A stretch of DNA of 62,372 nt. Origin: an uncultured Candidatus Saccharibacteria bacterium. Its GTDB lineage: Bacteria > Patescibacteriota > Doudnabacteria > UBA920. The stretch's first letter is position 1, and each line of letters begins with the position of its first letter. The DNA is taken from positions 20,790 through 83,161 of the forward strand of contig CAZAED010000001.1 of assembly GCA_964484145.1 (NCBI GenBank), written 5' to 3'. Below are positions 7,428-15,180 of the stretch, in pieces. The translations under genes were made by a program, and so were the position numbers. The notes beneath the pieces were generated by a model, which ran no database searches, was not told the origin of the DNA, and saw nothing but the letters and a program-made list of their open reading frames with translations.

Positions 7428-9474
7428 GTTCCGGCCTGCTGGCGACCAACCCAAAGCAATTGAGGGTCTTTTAAAGTCGCTTAAAGCCAAAAACCGCTTT
7501 CAAACTCTACTCGGAGTTACTGGCAGCGGCAAGACTTTTACTATGGCCAATGTTATAGAGCGTATACAAAAACCGACATTAATCATCAGCCACAACAAAA
7601 CTTTAGCTGCCCAGCTTGCCGCAGAATTTCAAGAATTTTTTCCGGACAACGCGGTTCACTACTTTGTAAGTTACTACGACTACTACCAACCGGAAGCCTA
7701 CATCCCCCGCTCTGACACTTATATTGAGAAGGATACTCAAATAAATGAAGAGATCGATCGTTTAAGAAACGCTGCCACCCAAAGCCTGCTTTCGCGCAAA
7801 GATGTCCTAATTGTGGCGTCTGTTTCCTGTATTTACGGCCTTGGTGACCCGGCTAATTATTTAGACTTGGCAATGGACTTTAAAAAAGGAGGGAATTATA
7901 AACGGGATAAGCTACTTAGAAGACTAACAGATTTACAATACCACCGAAACGACACAGAACTAGTACGCGGCACTTACAGAGTGCAGGGCGACGTTGTAGA
8001 AATTATACTTTCTTCTGAAGACACTATTATTCGAATGGATTTTTTTGGGGACACATTAGAAAAAATAGAAAGGCTGGACGCGATTTCAGGCCACAAAATT
8101 GAGCAGATGGATGAATTCACAATTTTTCCAGCCAAACATTTTGTTACGCCCGAAGAAAAATTAAAAGACGCAACAGAAAACATTCGTAAAGAAATGTTAG
8201 ACCGAGTTAAATTTTTTAAGTCCCAAAACAAACTTATAGAAGCTCAAAGAATAGAACAACGTACCAACTTTGACCTAGAAATGTTAAGCAACACAGGCTT
8301 TGTTAGCGGTATTGAAAACTACTCCAGGCAAATAGAAGGCAGAGAACCAGGTTCTGCGCCGTCTACTTTAATTGATTACTTCCCTGACGACTTTTTGTTA
8401 TTCGTTGATGAATCCCACCAAACTATACCCCAAATTGGCGCTATGTACGAAGGAGACAAGTCTAGAAAAACTAACTTGGTTGACTACGGCTTTAGGCTTC
8501 CTTCTGCCTTAGATAACCGCCCACTTAAATTTGATGAGTTCGAAAAGAAAATAAACCAAGCTGTGTTTGTCTCCGCAACACCGGCGCCTTTTGAAATACT
8601 AGCCAGTCTTAATCAGGCAGTTCCAAAAAAATCAGAGGTCTTTGAAAGTAAGAATTCGGATCATTCGGATACATTCGTAAGTTCGGATCGGAACACTATT
8701 GTTGAACAACTTATTCGCCCAACAGGCCTACTCGACCCTACCATAGAAATAAAGCCCATAAAAAACCAGGTTGATGATTTAATAGAGCGCATACATGAAC
8801 GTATAAAAAAACATCAACGCGTACTGGTTGCCACGCTAACTAAGCGTATGGCCGAGGAGCTAACCGAGTACTTAAAAGAAGACGGGGTAAAAGTACAGTA
8901 TTTGCACAGCGATGTAGATACATTTGAACGACTTGAAATACTGCGCGACCTTAGACTTGGCGTTTTTGACGTCTTAGTTGGCATTAACTTACTTAGAGAA
9001 GGCCTAGACTTACCGGAAGTTTCTTTAGTTGCAATACTTGATGCGGACAAAGAAGGCTTTTTGCGTTCTGAAACTTTCTTTATGCAAATGATGGGCCGTG
9101 CTGCCAGACACTTAGAAGGCCACGTGGTTATGTATGCCGACAGAATAACAGGTAGTATGCAAAGAGGCATAGACGAAACAACTCGCAGAAGAAAAATCCA
9201 GGAAGCTTACAACAAAAAACATGGCATAACTCCCAAAGGCATACAAAAAGCCATAGCCGACTCGCGTATGGCCGGCAGTAAGGTAGATATTTTTGACGAA
9301 GCTAACGAAAAGCGCGACCCAAGCCGTATGGACAAAGACGAACTAAAATTCTACCTCCACGAACTAGAAGAACAAATGGACTTTGCCGCAAAGAATTTGG
9401 AGTTCGAGGTCGCCGCCAAACTTAGAGACCGCATTGAAGAAATTAAAACTTTGAAAAAATTAAACAAGAAGTAA
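7402..9474 (+). CDS. uvrB: Excinuclease ABC subunit B
   Basis: GDQPKAI, GVTGSGKTFTMA, VSYYDYYQPEAY, RPTGLLDP, helicase motifs and a C-terminal UVR domain (EFEVAAKLRDRIEEIK). Confidence 0.95.
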   Translation: MIKFVLKSKFRPAGDQPKAIEGLLKSLKAKNRFQTLLGVTGSGKTFTMANVIERIQKPTLIISHNKTLAAQLAAEFQEFFPDNAVHYFVSYYDYYQPEAYIPRSDTYIEKDTQINEEIDRLRNAATQSLLSRKDVLIVASVSCIYGLGDPANYLDLAMDFKKGGNYKRDKLLRRLTDLQYHRNDTELVRGTYRVQGDVVEIILSSEDTIIRMDFFGDTLEKIERLDAISGHKIEQMDEFTIFPAKHFVTPEEKLKDATENIRKEMLDRVKFFKSQNKLIEAQRIEQRTNFDLEMLSNTGFVSGIENYSRQIEGREPGSAPSTLIDYFPDDFLLFVDESHQTIPQIGAMYEGDKSRKTNLVDYGFRLPSALDNRPLKFDEFEKKINQAVFVSATPAPFEILASLNQAVPKKSEVFESKNSDHSDTFVSSDRNTIVEQLIRPTGLLDPTIEIKPIKNQVDDLIERIHERIKKHQRVLVATLTKRMAEELTEYLKEDGVKVQYLHSDVDTFERLEILRDLRLGVFDVLVGINLLREGLDLPEVSLVAILDADKEGFLRSETFFMQMMGRAARHLEGHVVMYADRITGSMQRGIDETTRRRKIQEAYNKKHGITPKGIQKAIADSRMAGSKVDIFDEANEKRDPSRMDKDELKFYLHELEEQMDFAAKNLEFEVAAKLRDRIEEIKTLKKLNKK
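8654..8692. repeat. Word array (ttcgga/ttcgta) inside a lineage-specific uvrB insertion
   Basis: attcgga tcattcgga tacattcgta agttcgga tcgga, translated as NSDHSDTFVSSDR. Confidence 0.85.
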
Positions 9475-9481
9475 TCTGGCA

Positions 9482-10203
9482 GATGACGGTCATTCTCCCT
9501 CAAGGAGAATGACCGTCATCCTCCTTATCAATCAGCAAATGCTCTAAGTCCTTTCTTTCACGAATTTTGATATAACTTTCTTCCACAAAACGTTCATACT
9601 CCTGAGCGTTTTTAAATTGACCCAAAATATTCTCTTTGCTGCATAAGGTTCCCGCTCTCTTACCAATAAAATCTAAATAACTGCTATATGGCCATCCGTT
9701 CAAGCCTATTACTAAACCAGCCACTTTCGGATTTTGGTGAATGTAAGCTGAGAGCCATAACAAATAAGAATCTGAATCTACTTTAACCGCACGAAATTTA
9801 TGTTCAAACAAAGCACCCACCCTATCATGCGTCTTATTAAAATATTTTGAATATCCGACACAAACTTTTTTTAATAATTCTGTTAGCGGTAGCTGGCTAT
9901 TTTGCTTTATTAGCAAATGAAAATGATTAGGCATTAAGCAATAACAAATCATACTAAAAGCACCGTCCGGCAACGCTTGCCTGCGGAAACGTGCAGGCTT
10001 ACTTTGATTATACCGCCTAATTAATTCAGGAAATAAATTTTCCCTTAAACGAAATAAAAAAACCTTATAATCTTCCTCATCTAAAAAAATGTCTTGCTTG
10101 CCATTACCCCGGTTATAAATATGATAATAACCGTCCTGTCCAAATTGTTTATAATCACGATTATTCATAAAACCCCCATTAGGGAGAATGACGGTCATTC
10201 TCC
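9482..10203 (-). mobile_element. REPtron-like unit: Y1 (RayT/IS200-like) transposase bracketed by matching palindromes
   Basis: Perfect 17-bp-stem hairpin at 9482-9520 and a 10-bp-arm palindrome at 10183-10203. The 16-mer atgacggtcattctcc occurs at both ends in direct orientation (9484-9498, 10188-10203). Confidence 0.65.
9500..10198 (-). CDS. REP-associated tyrosine transposase (RayT) / IS200-like Y1 transposase
   Basis: YHIYNRGN, the HUH motif in LMPNHFHLLIK, and the catalytic-Tyr region LSAYIHQNP. An alternative ATG at 10168 (MNNRDYKQ) lies just past the hairpin. Confidence 0.8.
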   Translation of the reverse strand: MTVILPNGGFMNNRDYKQFGQDGYYHIYNRGNGKQDIFLDEEDYKVFLFRLRENLFPELIRRYNQSKPARFRRQALPDGAFSMICYCLMPNHFHLLIKQNSQLPLTELLKKVCVGYSKYFNKTHDRVGALFEHKFRAVKVDSDSYLLWLSAYIHQNPKVAGLVIGLNGWPYSSYLDFIGKRAGTLCSKENILGQFKNAQEYERFVEESYIKIRERKDLEHLLIDKEDDGHSP

Positions 10204-10208
10204 TGTTT

Positions 10209-10952
10209 CTAAATTACTTTTTCATAACTCTCTGCCGCCTGCCAAGCAAACTCATATAAAGTTTTCATAGACTGGTATATAGCCTGGCTAGTAATTTGTA
10301 CAGCCGAAACTTGGGGCTGGAAATAAAAAAATACCAGCTTGCCGTCGTATAAACAATTGTCTGTTAAAAAACCCTCGCTTCCCGAAACAAACCTTTGCTG
10401 AAAATTTTCTCCGTGCTTCATAGTTTTTACATATTCAAAATCTGCCGGGCTCCTAGTTAAGAGCTCCCTAACTTGAACAGAGCCTGTCATTGCCTGTTCA
10501 TTTAGTTTTTTTGGAAAATCGGGATAAATGGACAGCACGTCTTTTATGGTTGAAAACCACGAAACATTTTTTGCCTTTAAAATTTTTTCATATGTTTCTC
10601 TAACCGCATCTTTTCCTTCAAACAGTAAAACCTGGGGTTTGTCTATTTTTGCATTATAAAGTGCGAGTAAATTAGGCATAAACCTTTTTACCATTTCCTG
10701 TTTTTTATGTAAGTCCCCCACTATTTTTTCTGGGCTCTCTGCCGTGTAGAGAGCTTTTTTTGCGCGCGGGATAATGCTTACCATTCCTTTTGCTTGCAAG
10801 CTGTCGAGTATTAAATACGTTGTAGGTCTCTTAAGACCTGCCTTACTAGCAATTAACTGCACACTAGCAGTCCCCAACTCCAAAAGCCCCAAGTAAACCT
10901 GGGCTTCCTTTTCATCTAGACCAGCTGTTTTTAATACATCTAAAATTTCCAT
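10209..10952 (-). CDS. TrmB-family HTH transcriptional regulator (paralogue 2 of 3)
   Basis: MEILDVLKTAGLDEKEAQVYLGLLELGTASVQLIASKAGLKRPTTYLILDSLQAKGMV. Confidence 0.8.
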   Translation of the reverse strand: MEILDVLKTAGLDEKEAQVYLGLLELGTASVQLIASKAGLKRPTTYLILDSLQAKGMVSIIPRAKKALYTAESPEKIVGDLHKKQEMVKRFMPNLLALYNAKIDKPQVLLFEGKDAVRETYEKILKAKNVSWFSTIKDVLSIYPDFPKKLNEQAMTGSVQVRELLTRSPADFEYVKTMKHGENFQQRFVSGSEGFLTDNCLYDGKLVFFYFQPQVSAVQITSQAIYQSMKTLYEFAWQAAESYEKVI

Positions 10953-11017
10953 AAGTAGATATTCATTATCTCTCTCTCCAATTCTTGGAGAGAGACTAAG
11001 AGAGTGGTTAAGTCTTT

Positions 11018-11047
11018 GTCATCCCGGCCTTTAGAGCCGGGATCCAG
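11018..11047 (+). repeat. REP-like GC hairpin with gggatccag tail (copy 1)
   Basis: gtcatCCCGGCctttagaGCCGGGatccag. A related copy lies at 58126-58173. Confidence 0.7.
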
Positions 11048-11171
11048 TTTTATTAGTTATTTACATTATACTCCCTTTTCTTATTTTTGTCAATTTTTCT
11101 GACAAATAATTAATATCTAACAATTAAGGCTATAAATAGGGCTTTTTAAAATATTTAATTAGTCATTATTA

Positions 11172-11200
11172 TTGACTATATGTTAAATTTATGACATAAT
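11172..11200 (+). promoter_or_regulatory. Sigma70-type promoter of the ABC importer operon
   Basis: TTGACT (11172-11177), 17-nt spacer, CATAAT (11195-11200). Implies a leader of about 137 nt. Confidence 0.5.
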
Positions 11201-11343
11201 TACAGGTTAAAACAACAACTCCTTTGAATCTTTAAGGGAAGCGCGATGCATAACGCTTCCCCCTAAGAATCGAATAATCAAACCCTGTATTGTAGCGTGC
11301 CGATTTATCGGCGTGACTTACGAACTTGGTTACAAGGAGTTTT

Positions 11344-12363
11344 ATGAACAAGAAAATTTTAAGCCTAATAGTAATTATTGCGGCTGTCGCTGCAACTTTT
11401 GCTTGGTCTAAACAAATTCACAAAAGTAACCCTCAAGTTTTAGGTATTCAAAAAACCCAAAGTAAATTACGTTTAGGCGTAAACACCTGGGTAGGCTATG
11501 GACCATTTTGGCTAGCCCAAGACAAAGGCTTTTTTAAGGACGAAGGCATGGAGGCAGAAATTTCAGTTATTGAAGACAGCGCGCAAAGAAAAGCTGCTGT
11601 TTTAAATAAAAATATAGACGCGCTTGGCGACACTGTTGACCTGCTTGTTTTAGCGCGTGACCAAAAAATTCCTTCCGTAGCTGTTATGCAAATAGACATA
11701 AGTAATGGCGCAGACGGAATTTTAGCCGGCCCTGGAATTAATACCATAGAAGACTTAAAAGGAAAAAAAATCGCAGTTCAAAAAAACTTTGTCAGCGAAT
11801 CTATGCTCTACTATTTATTGAAAGAACATGGAATGTCTCCGAAAGACGTACAAGTTATAGACACCGAAGCGGGAGCTGCTGGCGCAGCATTCGTAGCCGG
11901 ACAAGTAGATGTAGCTGTTACTTTCGAACCTTGGATGAGCAAAGCCAAAGAAAGAAGCGGGGGCAAACTATTAGCTTCCAGTAAAGACGCAAATAGCGCC
12001 ATTGCAGATATTTTAACTGTCCACGAAGACTACTTAAAAGATGACCCAGATGCAGTTAAAAAATTTATGCGTGCTTGGTTTAAGGCGTTAGACTATTACA
12101 AACAAAACCCAAAAGAAGCAAGTGAGCTTATGGGCAAACACTACAATGTATCGGGCCCAGAATTTTCAGAATTGTTAAATGGTGTTGTTTGGAATGATTA
12201 TAAAGAAAATGCCGCATATTTTGGCAACGAAAAAAGTCCCGGAAAAATATTTAATATTAGCCAAACTTTTGGTCAAATATTTTTAGAGACCGGGCAAATA
12301 AAGTCCATACCCAATATGAACGGCGCAATTGACGGCAAATTAATTAATTCATTATATGAATAA
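11344..12363 (+). CDS. ABC transporter substrate-binding protein, NMT1/THI5-like (NitT/TauT family)
   Basis: Signal/anchor MNKKILSLIVIIAAVAATFAWS. LRLGVNTWVGYGPFWLA and VAVTFEPW are typical of the SsuA/TauA/ThiY fold. aaggag lies 5 nt before the ATG at 11344. Confidence 0.8.
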   Translation: MNKKILSLIVIIAAVAATFAWSKQIHKSNPQVLGIQKTQSKLRLGVNTWVGYGPFWLAQDKGFFKDEGMEAEISVIEDSAQRKAAVLNKNIDALGDTVDLLVLARDQKIPSVAVMQIDISNGADGILAGPGINTIEDLKGKKIAVQKNFVSESMLYYLLKEHGMSPKDVQVIDTEAGAAGAAFVAGQVDVAVTFEPWMSKAKERSGGKLLASSKDANSAIADILTVHEDYLKDDPDAVKKFMRAWFKALDYYKQNPKEASELMGKHYNVSGPEFSELLNGVVWNDYKENAAYFGNEKSPGKIFNISQTFGQIFLETGQIKSIPNMNGAIDGKLINSLYE

Positions 12364-13123
12364 AAAATATATTTTTTTTATTCTTTCGCTCGCATTGCCC
12401 TTACTTGTATGGCACATTGCAGCAAGTAGGCTACTCCAAAGCTACTTTTTGCCAAAACCCCTTGAGGTGGCAAAAGCATTATACATACTATTTAAGGACT
12501 TTAATTTCTTAGGCGACATTAAAGTTAGCTTAATCCGCATAATAGTGGGCTTTGCAGCAGCAAGTTTTCTTGCCATACCCGTAGGAATAGCAATGGGTAT
12601 AAATAAAAGCCTGGAAAACTTATTCGAACCGTTCATAGACTTTATTCGCTACACCCCCATACCGGCCTTTATACCTTTATTTATTTTATGGTTTGGGATT
12701 GGAGAAACCGAAAAATTTGTGGTAATTTTTGCAGGTGTCTTTTTCCAGCTTTCTTTAATGGTAATGAACTCTATTTCAAGAATACCAAAAGAATTACTGG
12801 ATGCAGGCCAGACACTGGGGGCAAACAAATTGCAAATTATCTGGCGTGTAATTATACCTTGGACTAAACCACTAATACTAGACGACCTAAGAATTAATTT
12901 AGGGTGGGCTTGGTCTAGCTTAATGCTCGCAGAAGTAGTTGGTTCTACTGCTGGCATTGGTTATGTAATTATTCAGTCACAAAGGCTACTTAAGACCCCG
13001 GAAGTAATGGCAGCTATTGTAACCGTTGGAATTTTTGGCTTAGTCAGTGACCTTATTTTTAAACAGCTCTATAAATACTATTTTCCATGGGCAAATAAAT
13101 TAGACTCTTATGCTAAAACTTAA
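12356..13123 (+). CDS. ABC transporter permease (NitT/TauT family)
   Basis: Multi-TM protein with an EAA-like loop (LLDAGQTLGANKLQIIWRVIIP). 8-nt overlap with the binding-protein gene. Confidence 0.85.
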   Translation: MNKKYIFFILSLALPLLVWHIAASRLLQSYFLPKPLEVAKALYILFKDFNFLGDIKVSLIRIIVGFAAASFLAIPVGIAMGINKSLENLFEPFIDFIRYTPIPAFIPLFILWFGIGETEKFVVIFAGVFFQLSLMVMNSISRIPKELLDAGQTLGANKLQIIWRVIIPWTKPLILDDLRINLGWAWSSLMLAEVVGSTAGIGYVIIQSQRLLKTPEVMAAIVTVGIFGLVSDLIFKQLYKYYFPWANKLDSYAKT

Positions 13124-13856
13124 TAAACTTTCAAAAAAATATTTTGTGCAGCCAAACCCGATTACGGTGTTTGAGGGTTTAAATATGAGCATAAAGCCCG
13201 GAGAGTTCGTAGCGCTAGTTGGCCCAAGCGGTTGCGGTAAATCCACCTTGCTTAAAATAATTAGCGGGCTTAGCCAGCAAACCAGCGGCATTATTTTAAC
13301 TAACGGACATTCTATAGAAGGCACTCATAAAAGCCGTGGTATGGTATTTCAAAATGGCGCGCTTTTTCCCTGGCTCAAAGTCAAAGACAACATTGCCTTT
13401 GGTTTAAATCTTAGCCAAACAACTAAAGTTGAAAAAACTAAAGTCATAGACCATTATTTAAACATTACTGGCCTTAAAGATTTTGCAAATTACTACCCCA
13501 AGAATCTTTCCGGCGGTATGCAGCAGCGCGTAGCTATAGCCAGGACGCTCGCGAACAATCCGGAAATACTTCTTATGGACGAACCTTTTGGCGCCTTAGA
13601 CAACCAAACCAGAGGCAAGATGCAAGAATTTTTAACTGAACTTTGGGAAAAAGAAAACAAAACTATTTTATTTGTTACGCACGATGTAGCCGAAGCGGTA
13701 TTTTTAGCCGACACTGTTTATGCACTTAGTCCAAGACCAATGAAAGTTAAAAAAGTATTTAAAATTCCCTTCCCCCGCCCCCGCAGACACGAACTAAAAA
13801 AATCTCAGGAATTTTTTAAATTTAAACTTGATGTTGAAAAAGAACTGGAAAACTAA
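13110..13856 (+). CDS. ABC transporter ATP-binding protein
   Basis: Walker A GPSGCGKST, signature LSGGMQQRVAIA, Walker B LLMDEPFGALD. Confidence 0.9.
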   Translation: MLKLNKLSKKYFVQPNPITVFEGLNMSIKPGEFVALVGPSGCGKSTLLKIISGLSQQTSGIILTNGHSIEGTHKSRGMVFQNGALFPWLKVKDNIAFGLNLSQTTKVEKTKVIDHYLNITGLKDFANYYPKNLSGGMQQRVAIARTLANNPEILLMDEPFGALDNQTRGKMQEFLTELWEKENKTILFVTHDVAEAVFLADTVYALSPRPMKVKKVFKIPFPRPRRHELKKSQEFFKFKLDVEKELEN

Positions 13857-13883
13857 AAAACTTGCTTGCACCACATTTAACTA

Positions 13884-13925
13884 CAAAGGTGACCGTTGTG
13901 CCGCACAATGATCACCTTTGTTTTA
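13884..13925 (+). terminator. Terminator of the ABC operon
   Basis: caaaggtga (13884-13892) / tcacctttg (13912-13920), followed by tttt. Confidence 0.6.
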
Positions 13926-13951
13926 CTATATCCATGTCAACCCCTATAGCC

Positions 13952-13980
13952 TTGACAAAAAGGAAAAAAATAAATAAAAT
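13952..13980 (+). promoter_or_regulatory. Consensus promoter of the GC-rich gene at 14053
   Basis: TTGACA (13952-13957), 17-nt spacer, TAAAAT (13975-13980). Confidence 0.6.
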
Positions 13981-13993
13981 TCTGAGGAATGAT

Positions 13994-14016
13994 AACCGCC
14001 CACAAGGCGGTTTTTC
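13994..14016 (+). terminator. Promoter-proximal intrinsic-terminator-like hairpin in the leader
   Basis: accgcc-cacaa-ggcggt followed by ttttt. It lies about 10-30 nt after the predicted TSS and before the RBS. Confidence 0.45.
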
Positions 14017-14052
14017 ATTACAAGTTCAAATTCCATTACTAAGGAGAGGGAA

Positions 14053-14691
14053 ATGAAAGCGATTGCAATTATCGCCATGATGATAGGTGTACTTGGCGCC
14101 CAAGATTCACCAGAAGCCGAAGGACTTTTGGAAGCCACGGCTTCCAAGGATTTCAATTACGGCTTAGTATTTGTACCGGTCAAATCGGGTTTCGCATTCG
14201 ATACCCAGTTTTACTGGACACCTAATGCGGGATCTCAAGTTTTACTGGGCGGCGCCTACGTATGGAAACCCAAAAAACTGGGCGGCCTTAAACTAATACC
14301 GGGAATCTATTACGTAACTGAAGGATGCGAGCATGAAGCTCGCCCAGCCGGCTGTCATGACGTAGCTCTTGGACTCGGCTGGGAATGGCGCAACGTGCGT
14401 TGGGGTAGCCGCGGTTTTGTGGCTCAAACCCTCCGTAAAACCGAACGCCGCTTCGGTTTCGCCGATCCAGTTCAGGCTTACCGCCGCCTCTTTGACGGCA
14501 AAGTGGAGTTCGGTTTCGCCTACACAGGCGAATCTGCCGAGCATCATCTTTTCGGTAAAGGCGGCCTTTCTGTCAGGCGTTACTTCGGTCAGGAAAAAGA
14601 AGAAGGGATTGGACGCAACTATGTTGAGTTCACATTCCTAACGGGCCACAAAGGTCCGTCATACCGCACAACGCTAGGCCGAAGCTTTTGA
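14053..14691 (+). CDS. GC-rich secreted protein, possibly beta-barrel/OMP-like (C-terminal Phe)
   Basis: RBS aaggagaggg plus ATG. Signal peptide MKAIAIIAMMIGVLGAQD. Alternating-hydrophobic segments; the protein ends ...TTLGRSF. Codon usage (ggc, gcc, cgc, ttc) differs from neighbours. Confidence 0.6.
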   Translation: MKAIAIIAMMIGVLGAQDSPEAEGLLEATASKDFNYGLVFVPVKSGFAFDTQFYWTPNAGSQVLLGGAYVWKPKKLGGLKLIPGIYYVTEGCEHEARPAGCHDVALGLGWEWRNVRWGSRGFVAQTLRKTERRFGFADPVQAYRRLFDGKVEFGFAYTGESAEHHLFGKGGLSVRRYFGQEKEEGIGRNYVEFTFLTGHKGPSYRTTLGRSF

Positions 14692-14833
14692 CAGCGTCAT
14701 CATATCAACACGGTGGCGAGCCGGATTACACCCCGCGCTCGCCTACCACACTTGTTTTTTTTATATAAATCTGGTAAAATCACTTTACCTTTAAGTCAAT
14801 CAGGTGTCGCTGGTTGATGCGGGGACAATTTTA

Positions 14834-14861
14834 AATCTTAAATCATATATCTTAAATTTTT
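14834..14861 (+). repeat. Heptamer array (aatctta family) abutting the rpsT start
   Basis: aatctta aatcata tatctta aattttt, then ct plus the ATG at 14864. Confidence 0.85.
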
Positions 14862-14863
14862 CT

Positions 14864-15127
14864 ATGCCCAATACTAAATCTGCAATTAAAGCTGCGCGCC
14901 AAACTATACGAAGGCACGCAAGGAACGTAATTAAAAAAGACGCTTTTAAAAGCGCTGTAAAAGAAGTTAGAAAACTCATAACTGCCGGCAAAAAGAGCGA
15001 CGCCATGACCGCCATGGTCAAAGCTATGAAAGCTTTAGACAAAGCCGCAAAGACTAACGTAATTAACAAAAACAAATCTTCCAGACTAAAGTCCAGACTT
15101 GCAAAAGCAATTGGAAAAGTAAAGTAA
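14864..15127 (+). CDS. rpsT: 30S ribosomal protein S20
   Basis: MPNTKSAIKAARQTIRRHARN...; basic, about 87 aa. The start is the internal ATG of track ORF 14804..15127. Confidence 0.9.
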   Translation: MPNTKSAIKAARQTIRRHARNVIKKDAFKSAVKEVRKLITAGKKSDAMTAMVKAMKALDKAAKTNVINKNKSSRLKSRLAKAIGKVK

Positions 15128-15132
15128 ACTAA

Positions 15133-15157
15133 AATCCCGCGTTATGCGGGATTTTTT
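15133..15157 (+). terminator. rpsT terminator
   Basis: atcccgc-gttat-gcgggat followed by ttttt. Confidence 0.8.
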
Positions 15158-15180
15158 GTAGTTACCAGTTACCCGTCACT

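Noticed and set aside
11207-11343. TPP riboswitch upstream of the NMT1-type ABC importer.
   Set aside because: The conserved CUGAGA and ACCUGAUCUGGAUAAUGCCAGCG-type core sequences are absent. It is kept only as an unclassified structured leader.
13860-14760. Explaining the GC-rich islands (also 1-810 and 25950-26910) as chimeric metagenome misassembly.
   Set aside because: Each island is short and is embedded between AT-rich native-style promoters, leaders with the local repeat types, and terminators. It is flanked on both sides by typical host genes. This cannot be fully excluded without read mapping.
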